DNA from: Dimorphilus gyrociliatus
Taxonomy: Eukaryota; Animalia; Annelida
Direction of reading: 5' to 3'
NCBI GenBank assembly: GCA_904063045.1
Contig: CAJFCJ010000059.1
Location: forward strand, 77,763 to 141,762
Length of the DNA stretch: 64,000 nucleotides
Positions within the stretch are counted from its first letter, which is position 1, and each line of letters begins with the position of its first letter. The position numbers were made by a program, and so were the translations under genes. Shown here one piece after another: positions 11,728-23,959 of this stretch. A model generated the notes under the pieces. That model was given only the letters and a program-made list of their open reading frames with translations, was not told the origin of the DNA and searched no databases.

Positions 11728-14148
11728 TCATCTTGATTTAATGAGAATTACAGGTGGTTGTTCTTCTTCATTAGTTTGATGTTGACTAAAGCTACAACTT
11801 TGTTTCATTAGTTTTGGGTTTTCAGGAGAGTTATCTGTGCTCTCACTTGGGGTAGCAATTTCTTCTCTTTGTTTTCTTCTTCCAATAATATAGTTGAAAA
11901 TGATGATACATACCATTGACACTACAATACTCAAACAAATATTTCGTATGATAACATAAAGTGTTTTCCCAGGTTTATAGTACCAACTATGGAAAAACTG
12001 TTTAATTCCAGATAAATTGGGTACAATGCCATTTTTCTCTGCAACAGTGACCATGTTATCATACCTTGCCTGCTTCTGTTCCAGTGAACTGATAACTTGC
12101 TTAATTTTTGAGTGCTGGTATGCAATATCCTTCTTTACCCCATGGTGGAGTAGATCAGCTAATCTGGCAATTTCAATTTTTGGTTCAGAAAGGTGATTGT
12201 GGATATGTAACTGCATGGATTTTGCAGACACAGTGTGAAATCTGCATCCTCTTTCTGAATAATACACATATGTTTTGTCTTTCATTGGTTGGTTTCTTAT
12301 AGGATTTAATGGGTTGTGAGTTGTTTTGTAGAATAACTTGTTAGACTTACACTCATTATAGGTAATCTCTTCAGGATTGACTTGCTGTAAAACATGAGTA
12401 ACTGGTTCTACTTGGAAAAGCAGGTTGTTCATGGTGACAAGTAAAAATTGAGAACATTTGTTATTCTTTTTTATCATGCTTAAGTCACAAACTACTTCTG
12501 TTGAGGCTATTGGTGAACATTGTTTAATTATAGCTAATTCTCCCATCTGACTACTGTGCATTCCCAACTCATTTGTTAACACTGTGGTCAATTGAGGATC
12601 CAAATTTGCTAGTAATGCCATCATTCTGCTTCTTTGAACAAATTGATTGCAGAGAAGACTTGACAGCTGTTGGGTAAACTTTTTTAAATTCTTAAAATTT
12701 GAATCAATACCATGTAGTAAGGTAGATGTTTGGGCAGCTTCTCTCATTTCCAATGGGAATTTGTGGTATGGGTTTTTACTTATCTTATGTTTCAGTTTTG
12801 CTTCCTTCTTCATCTGCTTTTTAGCCATTCTCATGTGTAGAGTAAAATAAATTCCTTCATAGGTAATCTTAAATTCTCTGGCTGGTGGTCCTTTATACCA
12901 TATGCCCAATGTTGGTAATACCTTCTTTTTGATTCTTTTCTCACTGTATACATATTTTGAAATCGTCACAGATTGTCTTGTTGCCCTTGTCCAATTGACT
13001 GCTTGCAGCATTTCTTGGATATAATAGTTATCCAGCTCCCAGTAAGATGGACTAATGGGTTGTTGTAGATGATATATCACAACTTCCTTGAGTGTGCCTT
13101 TATTTCTCATTAGTTTATACTTTGTGTTTGTTTCTCTGTACCATTGGTTAAGACTTGGTAAGGGGTTGTTTCGCTTGTATAGTATAATTTGTTCTTTAAC
13201 TTTATTGGGATAGTTTAATAGTCGTTTTTCTTCATTTTTGCCAATCTTCTGATATTGTAGCAAATTGTATAGGTGTTCCTTGCTTGTTTCCTGTATTAAA
13301 CTCTGTTCCTCCAGTGGTACTAGTACTTTTGTTCCAGGACCACCAATTCCATCAATAAACTTATCTTGATAAGGGATGTCCAGAATAGAATACCCTGGAC
13401 AAGAATAGTGACCAGCAAATTTGATACAACTAATTCTGTTGCTAATTTTTATCCATGGTGATTGTTGCCCAAGTGTGTAATTATTCTTGAGGTTTCTAAA
13501 GACAATAATTGCCTCTTCTGTCTCACAATAGGACTGCCCTGGTAAACAATCTTCCAGGTAGTCCAGATTAGTTGTAATTTTCATATTAGGAGGTTGTCAA
13601 TATGCTTTGCCAAACTGGATAATTGTGGTGTATTCCAGCACCTTGGTAGTTGTTGGCCATCTGTAGGCAGCAGGAAACTGATCTTGGTGGATCCAAGTGT
13701 TTCTTTTCACCATTAAAGGTTTTCCTTGAAAAGATCGTTTGTCTTTTACCATCTGTCTGCATTGATCATGAGTTACTTTGATAACTGAGTTAACAATTCT
13801 CCTCTTCTTTGCTCCAAAGAAATAGTAAGTGTAAAAATTAGTTCTTAGATACACTTGACATTTTACTGCTCTTGTTTCAATTTCTTCCAAGTTCAATTCA
13901 TAGATATCAGCTGTAATTGTCTTGGTTTCTTGTGATTCTATATTACAAGTTGGCTCATCTGCTAGATCAAATGCCTGGCTTGGTAGTTGGTTAGAACAAA
14001 AGTATAACGGTGGTTTAAATGTTAAGGTAATGTTTGCACTTGTAACATGTGCACCTTGGTAGGATGGTTTTGGGACTGTTATTGAGTGGATGCAGCCACA
14101 GATCACCATTACAGTCATCACTAGTGGAAGCCACAACATCTGTTTCAT
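11728..14148 (-). pseudogene. Gypsy env-like glycoprotein A, ~800 aa, class III viral fusogen-like, one premature stop
   Basis: Signal peptide MKQMLWLPLVMTVMVICGCIHS at 14148. ORFs 13597..14388 and 11728..13584 are in the same frame, separated only by TGA. TM IIRNICLSIVVSMVCIIIFNYII followed by GRRK. Confidence 0.82.
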
Positions 14149-14189
14149 GTTAGCTCTTCCTGTGTTGGCTATAGTTGAATGGTTGAAAA

Positions 14190-14388
14190 TTTTGTGTTGT
14201 TGTTCCACTCTGATAGTTATTCCATCTTCTAACTCTATATATTGTGGTTCCACTTCTTGTTGGGAATCTAATTGTTCAGAGATGATTTTAGTCTCATCTA
14301 AAAAGATGACTGACTCATTGTCTGTGTCACTTGTATTTTCTTTCTCATCTTGGGATGAATCTACCACTATGAGGACTCNTTTGTACAA
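14190..14388 (-). pseudogene. Fragment of gag-pol acidic spacer fused directly upstream of env A
   Basis: VLIVVDSSQDEKENTSDTDNESVIFLDE...EVEPQYIELEDGITIRVEQQ matches IMVIDSSDEETGNTPESDNGSVIFINSS...EMKPQYIEIEDGISIKVEKEQ (5860-6050). Confidence 0.8.
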
Positions 14389-14437
14389 GATTCTCCTTCT
14401 TGTAAATAGACAATTCTTCCATCTGTGATTTTTTGAC

Positions 14438-14668
14438 TGTACACATACATTCGTCAGCTATATTCTACAATAGAGAAGTAGTATTGAACCAGTATTGTAC
14501 TATGCAGATAGCACTGATAAAGATAAGCAGTAGTGACCTAGTTTCGCATAGGGCAGTGCATACACATTATGCAGTAATAAAACCTATTGAATTATATAAA
14601 GAATATTTGCTATTTGCAACCTAGCATTAATATTACAATTTATTAATCCATAAATTTAGGATTTCGAA
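14438..14668 (+). repeat. 5' 231 bp of family B LTR, inverted relative to 8348-9281
   Basis: Starts TGTACACATACATTC; reverse complement of ~9051-9281; similarity stops abruptly after atttcgaa. Confidence 0.9.
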
Positions 14669-15049
14669 TCCAAAAAGTTACCCAAAAATCATTCCATTGT
14701 TGACAATTGATATATTGTTGAACCGATGAGTCACAGAATTTTTTATTTGGATTTAAGATCTCTATAAAACTTTCTACTGTATTTGATATGAAAATTTTAT
14801 AAATTGCAATATCGTTATAATAGAATGAAATATATATCTCGCTGCAACTGCTCTTCTCTCTGTACAAACTGAAACTGAATGATTTAAAATTGTTGTAAAT
14901 GTATGATGGAAGATTGTAAACAAATTCTAAAGTGTTTTGTAAAATATATGTTCTTTTTGGTGAATCTGTGAAAAACAAAAAAATCAATAATTCATTGACA
15001 GAATAATCAATATTTTTTTTTTACATACTTTCAATAAACACTTGAACTA

Positions 15050-16030
15050 ATGAAAATCCAATTTTCCGACGTCCTGTTACTTCTGTAGTTTCTACGTAAA
15101 CTGGAGTTTACAATAAAATCTTTGGTATATTGAAAACACTGCTGATAAGGATTTTCCTTTAGATCAAGAAATTTGATCAGACCGGAAGTCGATTTTACTT
15201 TAACCTTTGTAATATAATATCTTTCGGCCTGACGTTGCTAATTGCCAAGACAAAAGATTATTGGGTTGCCATAAAGTGCGAATGTAACATTAATGTATTG
15301 TCCAATGCAGGTTTCGTATAAACAATCAGCACAATATTCCATACGGTGAAAAAATATACAACTTGTTAAATCCAATGCCTTTTCGCAAGCCCAGTTTTGG
15401 TGTATTTTAGTTTTTGCAGTACATGTTCCTCCGTTTGATCCTAAGGCTATATCTGTAAAATATTTTTCACTGTCGACTTTTCCAGAAATATCTGTTTTTT
15501 CCAACAAAAAACGGTGCTATTTTGCAGTAGAAAACGAATAGTTTAATGATAATACAAACCAATGTCGTATGCAAATATCATAACTGAAGTAAAGCCTGAA
15601 TTTTCTGCGGTTGATGAATGAAATGGAGAAAAAGTCATGTTTTGTATTTGTCCAAAATTATTAATGCTTGGTAGAAAACATTGAATTTCCGCTTCAATAT
15701 CAAGCGTCACTATATATGGTGAGTCATTGCCAACAGTAATTACAGCGTGTCTTGCTACATGCGTAGACGAAAGAAATGGTTGAGAAACGCAATATTCAAT
15801 AATATCATATGGTTTTCTAAAATTTATTTTCCGAACTACTACAATCTGAGATACACTTTGTCCTCCAAGATTTTCATTTGAACCCAATGTGGATAGAATA
15901 CATTATCGCATACAAAGTTAAATCCTGCATGTGGAGATGCAGTTGTCATACTTGTACACGTTGAATTCATTGATTTATCAGCAATATTGATTAATTTTCC
16001 TTCTGAATAATAATTTAAAATATTAAACAA
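15050..16030 (-). CDS. Exons of an uncharacterised Cys-containing, possibly extracellular protein
   Basis: Adjacent minus-strand ORFs 15839..16030, 15543..15887 and 15238..15507, with CpG-retaining, coding-like composition. No family recognised. Confidence 0.3.
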
Positions 16031-16339
16031 ATTGTTGTTTTTGTTATCTAAAAATGAAAGAGAGAAGTTAACGAATTTCCAGATCCGAATGTAAAAGATT
16101 ATTTATCTTATTCAAAAGTATTCAATCACAAATTTGAATTTGGCACAATTCAACTTTAAACAAAGCAGAAAATGTAAGCAAAACTATACTAACTAGTTTG
16201 TATTGATGAAAGAGAAGATAAGAACAAGGAAGAGACTTGCAAAATAATGAAAATATACATTGGTAACAAGAATTCAGTATCTTCACATTTTTGATTAAAA
16301 AGACTGTTTCCATATAATAATATTAGAGTTTCATTTATT

Positions 16340-16740
16340 CATTTCTTTTGTCATTGTTTATATTTTAGAACATTTTTGCAGCAAATTTCCAAATTTTCTA
16401 CATTGTTCTTCGCTCAAAGAGCATCTGTTGAAATCAATATACTTTAGTGTATTTGATGATTGTTCAAGTCCTTCAAATATGTCAACTAATCCACTATGCA
16501 AAGCACCATTTTCTGAAATATTTATTGTTTTTTGTTTTAGAACATTTTTTCAGTAATTTTCCAAATTTTCTACATTGTTCTTCACTCAGAGAGCAGTTTT
16601 GAAATTTAACATACTTTAATGTTTTTGATGATTGTTCAAGTCTTTCCCAAATGCTTTTCATAATTGTACAGATATATAGACATTTTCCATGAACATCCAA
16701 TAATCCTTAGCATAAAGACTGCAATGAGCAAGAACTTCCA
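16340..16740 (-). pseudogene. RI-like LRR fragment, same family as 1-770
   Basis: ERLEQSSKTLKYVKFQNCSLSEEQCRKFGKLLKKCS, repeated once more downstream with frameshift and stops. Confidence 0.75.
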
Positions 16741-18354
16741 ATGGTCAAAAATAAAACAAGACACAAATCATAAAGTTATACTCTAAACAGTATAAACCAC
16801 ATTTATAACCACAGAGTTGTATATATTGTTAATTTATAACCTTCAATAATGTCTTGCGGCTATACTTTGTCTGTAAAATGTTATCAAAGATCAAAGATTA
16901 TTTTATTTTTTATACAGAAAGTGAAGTTTTAATTCCAACTAAATAACAAAATAAAAAAAAAAGCTAAAATTGTCCTTAATGCAAAAAGATAAATTAGATA
17001 AAAAAAACTTGTTATTCCTCAATTCATTTTTTGAATTTGGCCTATCACATTAAAGTGATTATATTTCTGAGATTTAAAACGAAAGTAATTATGATTGGAT
17101 ATTTTCAGAGTGGCATCATAAACTCTTATAATTTTAAACAAATATTAATGTTGACCTATTTGTATACAACTTTCATAATACATAATAACCTTACATTTTG
17201 TCTCTAATCTTACTTTTACTTGTGTGAATAGTGAAATTTTGTCAACGGATGCAACAGAAAACGTCGACAAATCAGTACTTTTACCCTAACCCTAACCCAG
17301 CCCTTAGCTCTACCTAACCCTTTTCTGTTGTACAGATATATCTTATATCAACAACAAATTTCAAACAATTACTATGCAGAAAGATCAAATTATATTTCAA
17401 ATATTGAGTTTGGACTTGGCAGTTCAAAAGTATTTTCGAGAAATCATAAAAATAAAATTCAGGAAGTTTATTGTTGCCTTGATATTTCTCTATTTTCTTC
17501 ATAGTGAATATTTTCTTTGTCAAACAACAAATTTCTTTTGGCAAAATATCAAAATATATATTTAAAACACTTTAAAAGTATTAGATGTCACTGATTCATA
17601 TTTAAATAATCACCAGTAAGTTCAATTTTAATAGAATAATATAAAAGATCTACCAATAAGTATAAATCAAATCTAAAATTCTAAGACATTATCTGGACAG
17701 TTCACCAACTGCAAAGCAATAATTGAGAATTAGATGCAAACTTCAGAGTGTATAAACCCTCCACTGAAAACAAGCTTAGTTCAACAAGATATCTACTTTA
17801 CCACAATGGATGTTAGTGTGATAATTTAGCATATGTCAAGACTACACATTTGTTAATTATTTAGTTTATTTCAAATTGCAGTAAAACAAACATAGGAGGT
17901 TTAACCTATTCAACTATTAGTGAGCTCATTCATAAACATCAATAAATTCATTGTCACTTGCATAGGTGAATTTTACAATTGAATAAAAAAAATTTGAAAA
18001 ATCATTTTTCAGGTATAAAATTTCTTCATCATTCCTAAAACAGAAACTGATATCAAAAACCCTTAATGTATTTGATGATTGAAAATAATATATTCTCCCT
18101 AAAATAGAAAATAAAAGTAGAACAATACTAAAAATTTCAAAGAATAAAATAGCAAAAGTGGGTTGGGACATTTTATCCTGAACATTTTGCCCCTGAATGG
18201 GATATTTTTTCTCCCTTTTCCCTTGACAAAATAATCATGTGATCATGCACATTTTTTATGATTGGTTTGTTGAACCAATGCACTTTTTTGATCATTCTTG
18301 TTCACTTAGATGTCATGATATGATATATTAATATTTTAGACTTTATATATAAAG

Positions 18355-18460
18355 GTACATTAGAAAGACTTCTATTTCATAGGAATTACAATGGTGCAAC
18401 TTTAGAAGGGCTTTTATTTCGTAGAGTTAGCTTTTAGTACTTTAGAAAGAATTTTATTTT
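18355..18460 (+). repeat. Fragment of family C LTR
   Basis: Reverse-complement similarity to 3700-3845 (tacattagaaagacttctattt..., cttttatttcgtagagttagcttttagtact). Confidence 0.6.
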
Positions 18461-19589
18461 GCAAGAAATTGTGTGGGACAATCCATTCATGTTTCTAAAT
18501 CCCTATTCTGCTTTTTCTCTGCATATAACTTCCATTCACACATGTCATTACTGAAACTGTCTTCCTAGCAACACTTTTTGGAACTCCCTATTTTCCATAT
18601 GTTGAACCCTCACTTATAAAGGCCTTATTACACTATCCCAAGAGAAAGAATTCTATGTAAATATTTAAAATTGATTGGCAAGAGATCTTTTAATCTCTGA
18701 AGTGACCAGGTATGCCTGTGACAAAATATACTGTATATTTAGTATTGCTCTTTATATATTGCTTCCAGACCAAACTGTCCAGTGAAACATATACATTTGA
18801 AGATGAATTTTTTTTAGAAAATGTAAATTTTTTAAGATTTAAAAGCAGTTTTAATGCATTTCTCAGTCCATTCCCTGGTATGATCAGCTTCAGTCAAGCC
18901 AGTTCTTAATTGAACACATACAACCCTGTTGTATTGTTGAAAATTGTTGATATGAGACTGAAGCTGATTTAACAGTAATCCTTTTGGTTTAAATAGTTTC
19001 TCAAAGTATTGTAAAAACAGTTTTATATCTGTTTTATTTTCCTTAAATTTCTCAGTTGAAAGTTAGTTTTTGAATAGTGATCACATTTGAATAAAGAAGT
19101 CTCTTTGTAGTATATTTATGAGTTTTCAATTTATTCTTCTCAACAACTTCAATAGAGTCAAGTATGTTCTTGATATAAACATTCTTCTTTGAAGTAGAAA
19201 AATAACTTTGAAATTTTTTAGCCTGGTTTGATAGCTACACTGTTTACCTAATGTCAATATTTATATATTAGAAATGTCCAATGTCATCTGTTTAAAATGA
19301 TCTTTTAAAATGTTTTAAATAAAAATTTAATTGCAAATTATGTCATAGCAAAGTAAAAACTCCATGTTTCTTGTATATATTATATTATAAGTGAATAAGT
19401 GACAGAAAAAACTGGTCACCCATAAGTTTTTATAGGCTAACTTTTAAAGTGGCCCATATATGCCATTTTAAAACAAACCTGCCTCATCAGCATTTGGTAT
19501 TGAGTAACAAGTAACAACTTTGACATTCATATTTTATTATGTTATTTTGTTCCATTGTTAATTCTATAGTGGCTCAATCAAATATTGGC

Positions 19590-19692
19590 AAAGAATCTAT
19601 ATCTTACAAAATAGAATTGTTTCTAAAGTTCTAGAATCTAATTCTATGAAAGTTCCACCATTATGAGTATATTATTATAGCTAAGTGCACAG
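19590..19692 (-). repeat. 5' end fragment of a family C-like LTR
   Basis: Ends ctaagtgcaca as at 3887-3897 and shares aaagttccacca with 3757-3770. Confidence 0.5.
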
Positions 19693-20298
19693 CCTCATTT
19701 AGAAAATTGATAGATGACATATAATTGTAAATAGTTTATTAAAGAGCTCTATTATTGGTTTATTGTATCAAAATTAGTATTTTAGCCTAGGTGCTTGTCC
19801 AAGTTCTGCCTACAACGATTCTTAGAATTATAATTATAGATAAGTGTAAACAATTCTTCAAAAACTTATTTTTAAAAAATTGCCAATTTCAGCAAAAAAA
19901 AATAATATATAAATAATCATAAATACCATACTAATGGCTGAATTGATTAACAACTAATACTGGTGTGTTTTTCTCATTCAATCTTTACAGATAAAATTGG
20001 AAGAGAAGAATAAAGAAATAGAAATGTTTAAAAATTTTCAAGCAGGCGTTCTGTTCATCAGTGTAAGTGATATTTGTTGTTTCTTTCTATTCAATTTTTA
20101 CATATTCAAAGGTAAATTTCTTTCAATAGATTCTTTTATTTAAAAATGATGTTAAAAGTGATAAATGTATTGACAACATTTTAAAGGAAAATATGAAATT
20201 GATACAGAATGATATAAATCAAAGAATTGATAATTTGATTAGTTTGTATTCAAAAATCTTTATACTTTTCCTATTAAATTTTTCTTTTTCTTTTTCAG

Positions 20299-22395
20299 GT
20301 TCAGTCAACAATCCAAGATTATCAAAACACAGTTTAAAACAAATTGAATGCAAAGGACAGATAACGTTAAATCAAAAATTGAATGGTAAAATGATAACGG
20401 ATTATTTAATCACTTCAAAGGATTATCCATCGGATTATCCAAATAATCATAATTGTATGATAATTATGAATGTTGAAGAAGCATTTAATGGGGTTTGTAT
20501 GAGGAAAATAGACAAATCTATTGTCCAATAATTAGTTAAATTGGGATAAAATTTGGGATTAAAATCCATTTATGCTATAATTATGTATACTTTACCAATA
20601 ATGTTAAATGAATTTCTATTTATAGTACATAGAGTTCACATTTCACGAATTCCATCTGGAATTTTCAAAAAATTGCCGTTACGACTCTCTAACAATTTCT
20701 GATGATAGAGAAACAGTGACTCTATGTGGAAAAGGCCTAATGAAAAGTTAGAAATATCTTATCATTTTTTACTGCCAAAAACCATTCATTTTGTAAATTT
20801 TGAATTATTTACAGATTCTACTGCAAATTTTGGAGATAATGTTAACGTTGGAATGCATCCGACAATAAATAAAACAATTAAATTGAAACCAAATGGAGCA
20901 TTAGTCATTCATTTTAAAACTGGTAACAAATTCACAAAATCTGGATTTGTTTTAAAAGTTAATTTTAGAAATGATAAGTTAAATTGTAATAGAAATGGAA
21001 CAGTTAGTGATAAAATTGATAAAATTACTGAAATGATACAAACTAGAGAGAGTCGAAGAGATGACTTTTATTCATCAGGTAACTACTCTGATGAAAACAC
21101 AACAATTAGTAGTAATAGCAGTAGCAGTAGTAGTAGTAGTAACATTTCCATGGAAATAAACTCAACTACTCCTATGCCCCAATTAACACCACAAACAAGA
21201 GAAATACAAAAATCAGCAACGCTACTCGTAAACAATAAAACAATTTCTTGCGATAGTCTAAAATTTTCTGAATTGGAATTTGATTGTAATGGAAAAAGCT
21301 ATGATATCATTTCAAATAATCCATATTTGCCCAATTCAAATTGTCGTATTGATTTACTACCTCCAAAAGAGAAGAATGGGGTAAAAATAATCATTTTTTT
21401 AATAAATACAAAACAACAAAAAATATTCTATTTCTTTTTTTGCAGACGATTTTTTTCAAATTTAAATATTTTAGTACAGAAAGTAGTTTAGAATGCAAAT
21501 ACGATTATGTTCAGATTGTTGATGATCATGGATTGACTCATGAATTCTGCGGAGATCAAAGTAAACATATCACCAATTTGATTTTCAAATTGTATTTTTT
21601 ATTACTCTTCTCCCCTTTTTTTTATAGTTCTGGGCGATAAAGGGAATACTTCCCTACAAAGTACACGCTATCCTAATGAAGTGGATATAAATAAAACATA
21701 TTTTACAAAAATGAAAAAATTATTTCAATTAAGATTTAAAAGTGATGATGGATTTAATCAATTCTCTGGATTTCATTTAAGAACAACATTCTCTTGTCAA
21801 CCATTCGTTCTACCAGAGAGACAAGTTTTATGCAAAAGGAATAGTGAAAATATTCAAATACACTGCGATATGGGAGATTTAAGAATCATTGCTCCAATCA
21901 GTAAAACTAATAAATGGTGTTCAATTATTTTAGCTGTACACAGAAAAAAGATTGTATGTTATCTATATTTTTTCACTATTCAAAACATTCAAATCAATTG
22001 TTTGTTTATCATTTTAGGAAGTTGAATTTGAATTTCTCTCATTCAATCTAAAGAAAAAAACTGGAATGAATTACAATGCTTTGCAATTTGCTCTAAATTT
22101 TCAGTATATTAAGTATTCTGGAAAAGCGAATGAAGTGGGGTTAGTATACATAGTATTACCTTCATTGCAAGGTCAAGGTCATAATATATAAAATGATATA
22201 TTCCGCTTTCTATTTATGCTAGTACGGGAAAGAATCGAATTAGCCTCTTCAGTGGAGAAGATTTTAAACCTCCAAAACTGGGAACAACTTATTACATTAG
22301 CGAAACTGGAGATTTAGGAATCCATTATTCCGAAAATACTGATACTGTAGGAAATTCATTTGAAATGATTGCACGTGCAAAATGTACTTCATAAA
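20299..22395 (+). CDS. Multi-exon CUB-domain protein (two CUB domains separated by a Ser/Thr-rich linker)
   Basis: ITSKDYPSDYPNNHNC; after an intron, IEFTFHEFHLEFSKNCRYDSLTISDDRETVTLCGK (20630-20735); LVIHFKTGNKFTKSGF; NPYLPNSNCRI; FSTESSLECKYDYVQIVDDHGLTHEFCGD; LRFKSDDGFNQFSGF. Short GT-AG introns. Ends approximate. Confidence 0.8.
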
Positions 22396-22674
22396 AGCTT
22401 AAATATTATTTTACATTTATTGTAGTAGTTGTCTATTCAATCTAATCTGCTTTTTACTGTTCAAAAATTTCATTTAGCAATAAAGTAAAAAAGAGAAAAA
22501 AGTAACAATGTTTTGTACAATTTTCAATAATCAACTCCTCATAGATATTTTCTTGCAAAATTTTCAAAGAATAGGCTTTGAGTAAATGAGTTTCTAGTTC
22601 TAAACAACGAAGTTTAAATAACTAGCTCATGGCGAAAGAAATGAACTGACAAGCTGGGGAAATGTTTTAAAGGC

Positions 22675-22950
22675 TTACCCAGAAGAAATGTGACAATCCC
22701 ATAATTCACATGTAACAAGAATATGAAAGATTGTTATATCACACATAAATGTGTTTTTTACTTCCTTTTTAATGAACTTCCTTGTTGGCGAATTCTTTGT
22801 AGGACATCTCAGCCTTTTAGTTCTTTTATTGCACACCCAAATGCTATTTTTAGAAGTTTTAGCCTTGAGTGTGAATGAAAATTCATTGTTTATCAGAATG
22901 TGTTTTTCAAGTTGACTTTCACTCCAACTTATTTGAAAATCCTTATTCAT
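22675..22950 (-). pseudogene. FLYWCH zinc-finger fragment of a MULE transposase
   Basis: HILINNEFSFTLKAKTSKNSIWVCNKRTKRLRCP resembles 31620-31720; subterminal-type repeat at ~23000. Confidence 0.55.
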
Positions 22951-23959
22951 AACTTTTTGGAAAATGTCAACAACTGCAGGGTCTATTATTTCAGGATACG
23001 ACAGAAAATGTCCCCAAATACACAGTTTAACTCTAATCCTAATCCTCTAGCAATTGTCTTTCCTTAGCCTTTTTGATTGCTCCTAACCCATAGATGAAAC
23101 CTTCCCAAGTACAAATCAGTTGTTGCCCTACTCCTCCTAACCCATTTCTCAATCTAAAATCTAATCTTGAAACTTCTCATTTGTGGACATTTTCTGTTGA
23201 TGTAATTCAATTGCTGGTTTCCTCAAAACGCATAAGAAAAGTTCGATAGTGACAATCTGTAAGAATTCTTTTTTAGCGTACTAATTACTTATAAACCATA
23301 AATCAATGAATTCTGCCACGTCAGAAATATTGTTTTTATTAGTTACATCACCTTAATTTCTAACTGTAGAGCTTGGAGGTGTGTTTGTTTGGTATATTAT
23401 TTCATAAGTACATTTTTGAATAGCAATTGTGTAACCTGAATTTAGCCTCTTTCCCCATTAAGCAGTCTGCTACAATAGATGACGTCAATTTGAACTAAAC
23501 AGCTTAGAGGGCGTTTTGGAGAAATGGATATTCATTGATATCAACGATGAGTGCACTATTATAGATAACAAATATAGACTCATCAATAAATTTCTTCCTT
23601 AACTATAATTGTAGTTATGGGAAATGGAATATTTAAAATAAAACTGGTAATCTTTTCAATTATATATATATATATTTCATATAACACCAATATAACAGCT
23701 GCTTTCAATCAAATTCAATTTCCTTAAGATTGAATGTTAAAAACAAGAAAAATAATGTTGAATTGTATACCAGTTTCTTTTTTTTGTTAATATCAATAAT
23801 AAAGATATTTTCTAATTTAGAACAGATATCTTTAGGATAAACGAATTTTTTAGCGAGTTTGTCTAATCATGTTTCTCGAAAACAATATCTTCATTGTTTA
23901 TACTAGTTGTTTGCCTACCATTTCAATAGGTTGTTTTACAAAAAGGCCTATTTATTTGG

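Noticed and set aside
9296-14148. One element natively encoding two env genes
   Set aside because: A PPT and a TG...CA-bounded LTR-like segment separate them, favouring nested or adjacent elements.
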